Below are positions 61,394-64,000 of a stretch of 64,000 bases of DNA, piece by piece; within the stretch, counting starts at the first letter, position 1, and every line of letters starts with the position of its first letter. The stretch covers positions 272,501 through 336,500 of the forward strand of contig JAUPSS010000007.1 of NCBI GenBank assembly GCA_040285825.1, written 5' to 3'. Origin of the DNA: Eukaryota sp. TZLM1-RC. Lineage: Eukaryota > Protista > Metamonada: BaSk clade. Below the pieces are notes generated by a model that made no database searches, was not told the DNA's origin, and worked only from the letters and a program-made list of their open reading frames with translations. The position numbers and the translations under genes were made by a program.

Positions 61394-61954
61394 TTAAACA
61401 CGAGCAGCATTAGTAAAGGCCTTTGAGGCTAAATAACCAGCCAATCGTTTCTTCGCATCCTTCCTGCACTTGATATACCCAATAGCATTGGTCATTCCAA
61501 AGATGATCCCCACAACAGCCAATATCATGTGATAGGTGTCCATACCAAGGAAGAGCAGGGTGCGGAGAAGAATGAGTCCAATCCAGACGAAAGGATAAGA
61601 AATAAGCACAGTCCAAAAGACACGAGTATCAGAAGCAGAAATGACAGAGGGGTCACTGAGAGATTCAAATACCCATTCGGAGCTTCCGTCCTCATTGATT
61701 TTGTTCCAATAGCGGAGACCAACGAGAAGGCGTCCGGTAACGTTCTTGACGGTCCAAAAGTCGCATGCTAACAGTGTTATAGTGATGGCAAACCATATAA
61801 CAACGCTGTCAGGGGAGAGGAACCAGGAGACTACTGCGACTGCCTTGAAAAGAACATGGAAGAGAGCGGCAGTGGGATGCTTAGAGTTTTGACGTACAGA
61901 CTGTACAATTGAGGTTGGTTTAGTGTTTTGAGTTGTTGAGGCTTCTTCGGACAT
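61394..61954 (-). CDS. TVP23: Golgi membrane protein TVP23/FAM18 (ECHIDNA)
   Basis: HP.A.LFH..FK, DFWTVKNVTGRLLVGLRYWN, EDG.S.WVFES family signatures. Confidence 0.95.
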   Translation of the reverse strand: MSEEASTTQNTKPTSIVQSVRQNSKHPTAALFHVLFKAVAVVSWFLSPDSVVIWFAITITLLACDFWTVKNVTGRLLVGLRYWNKINEDGSSEWVFESLSDPSVISASDTRVFWTVLISYPFVWIGLILLRTLLFLGMDTYHMILAVVGIIFGMTNAIGYIKCRKDAKKRLAGYLASKAFTNAARV

Positions 61955-63358
61955 CAGTTAATGATAGAAATATCTCAAATAGAGGTAACTTGTTGAGATT
62001 ATAGTAGGAGTGAGATTTGAATCAATTTGGTCTACCATTTGATACATTTTTTATTCAAACAAAATTGTAAAAAACTAAAAATCAATCTCCTCAAACTCCA
62101 CATCTATTATTGAAAACTTACCTACAGCATTTTCTTCATAAAATTTTCCTAGTGACGAGCTAGAAACAAGGCTATACATTCCCTTAAAAATACACAATAC
62201 AATTCTGTTGAGACTACTGCGACTGCCTTGAAAAGAACATGGAAGAGAGCGGCAGTGGGATGCTTAGAGTTTTGACGTACAGACTGTACAATTGAGGTTG
62301 GTTTAGTGTTTTGAGTTGTTGAGGCTTCTTCGGACATCAGTTAATGATAGAAATATCTCAAATAGAGGTAACTTGTTGAGATTATAGTAGGAGTGAGATT
62401 TGAATCAATTTGGTCTACCATTTGATACATTTTTTATTCAAACAAAATTGTAAAAAACTAAAAATCAATCTCCTCAAACTCCACATCTACTATTGAAAAC
62501 TTACCTACAGCATTTTCTTCATAAAATTTTCCTAGTGACGAGCTAGAAACAAGGCTATACATTCCCTTAAAAATACACAATACAATTCTGTTGAGACTAC
62601 TGCGACTGCCTTGAAAAGAACATGGAAGAGAGCGGCAGTGGGATGCTTAGAGTTTTGACGTACAGACTGTACAATTGAGGTTGGTTTAGTGTTTTGAGTT
62701 GTTAAGGCTTTTTCGGACATCAGTTAATGATAGAAATATCTCAAATAGAGGTAACTTGTTGAGATTATAGTAGGAGTGAGATTTGAATCAATTTGGTCTA
62801 CCATTTGATACATTTTTTATTCAAACAAAATTGTAAAAAACTAAAAATCAATCTCCTCAAACTCCACATCTACTATTGAAAACTTACCTACAGCATTTTC
62901 TTCATAAAATTTTCCTAGTGACGAGCTAGAAACAAGGCTATACATTCCCTTAAAAATACACAATACAATTCTGTTGAGACTACTGCGACTGCCTTGAAAA
63001 GAACATGGAAGAGAGCGGCAGTGGGATGCTTAGAGTTTTGACGTACAGACTGTACAATTGAGGTTGGTTTAGTGTTTTGAGTTGTTAAGGCTTTTTCGGA
63101 CATCAGTTAATGATAGAAATATCTCAAATAGAGGTAACTTGTTGAGATTATAGTAGGAGTGAGATTTGAATCAATTTGGTCTACCATTTGATACATTTTT
63201 TATTCAAACAAAATTGTAAAAAACTAAAAATCAATCTCCTCAAACTCCACATCTACTATTGAAAACTTACCTACAGCATTTTCTTCATAAAATTTTCCTA
63301 GTGACGAGCTAGAAACAAGGCTATACATTCCCTTAAAAATACACAATACAATTCTGTT
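61827..63358. repeat. Tandem array of 4 x 383 bp (TVP23 5' CDS + promoter + retroelement 3' end)
   Basis: Units start at 61827, 62210, 62593 and 62976; near-identical, with three variable sites seen. Confidence 0.97.
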
Positions 63359-63735
63359 TTGCCAAAACGTTCGGTAAAATGTTCTTCCAGTTCTATTTTT
63401 AACAATAGAGCAAAAATTGTTCAAAAAACAAAACGCAGTTTTACCCAATGTTCCAAATGAAGAAAAAACAAAAGGACAACAAAGGTATTGAGTATGTGAG
63501 TTGGAATTCAAGTTATTGAGTTCTGTGTACTTGATAATCTTCGCTTCTTCAGCTCTACGTCAAGGTGAATTATAAGGCTGTGCCAGTTTTTCATTTGAGC
63601 TGTTAGATACATCAGTAGATCTGACATCAATAATGATTATTGGTCCATCAAGACCGGAAAATAGCACATCACCGCTGCTATCACCAAAAGAAATTCTGTC
63701 AGCTTCATCATCCAATTTTGAAAGCAAAGGTTTTT
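63191..63735 (-). mobile_element. 5'-truncated family-C element 3' end (endonuclease region)
   Basis: Homologous to 2770-3375; ORF ends ..VDVEFEEIDF*. Confidence 0.85.
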
Positions 63736-64000
63736 TTCTCTCCCCCTGGTCAACCCTCTCATATTTTACTTTCTGTCACGGCGTCCAAATTGCACTGTGT
63801 CTTTGCCAAAACGATGCCATTGGCTGATAGTGACTCTTATACTGATTGGAATGCCCAAGCAAAGATTCTACCCGTCAGATCAAGCTCATCCCCTTCACTT
63901 CTCCACTCCCCTTACCCTTCATGCTATGCTCGAAATTCTTCTCGAAAAAAAATTGGAATTTTTTAAAAATGATTTTTTGCCTTTGTGTGATGTCCCTGAT

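Noticed and set aside
61827-63358. CRISPR-like or satellite array
   Set aside because: Units are 383-bp full duplications with no unique spacers, in a eukaryotic context with no cas genes.

Overview
This is AT-rich eukaryotic nuclear DNA in the standard code, apparently intron-poor and protist-like. No rRNA, tRNA or CRISPR array was seen. Host genes are single-exon: NEDD1/GCP-WD-like, IWS1/Spn1, a Src1/Man1-type HeH-TM-TM-MSC nuclear-envelope protein, a highly divergent cyclophilin-RRM (PPIL4/Rct1-like), TVP23, an RCC1+LRR-like protein and four BTB/POZ paralogues. About a third of the window is retroelement DNA. At least four families of compact single-ORF non-LTR retrotransposons are present (Zn-knuckle + RT + C-terminal restriction-like endonuclease, CRE-clade-like), about 3.3 kb where full length. 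Three copies are full length and carry 9-10 bp target-site duplications (TSDs) at unrelated sites, so they appear non-site-specific and possibly still active; the frameshifts checked mostly sit in homopolymers. Also present are an integrase-less Ty3/Gypsy element with a candidate 81-bp LTR inserted into a BTB gene, a hAT (DUF659) relic, an inverted duplication carrying a B-box/coiled-coil ORF, and a 4 x 383-bp tandem array fusing a retroelement 3' end to the TVP23 promoter and 5' CDS. All homology calls are by motif recognition only; no searches were run.
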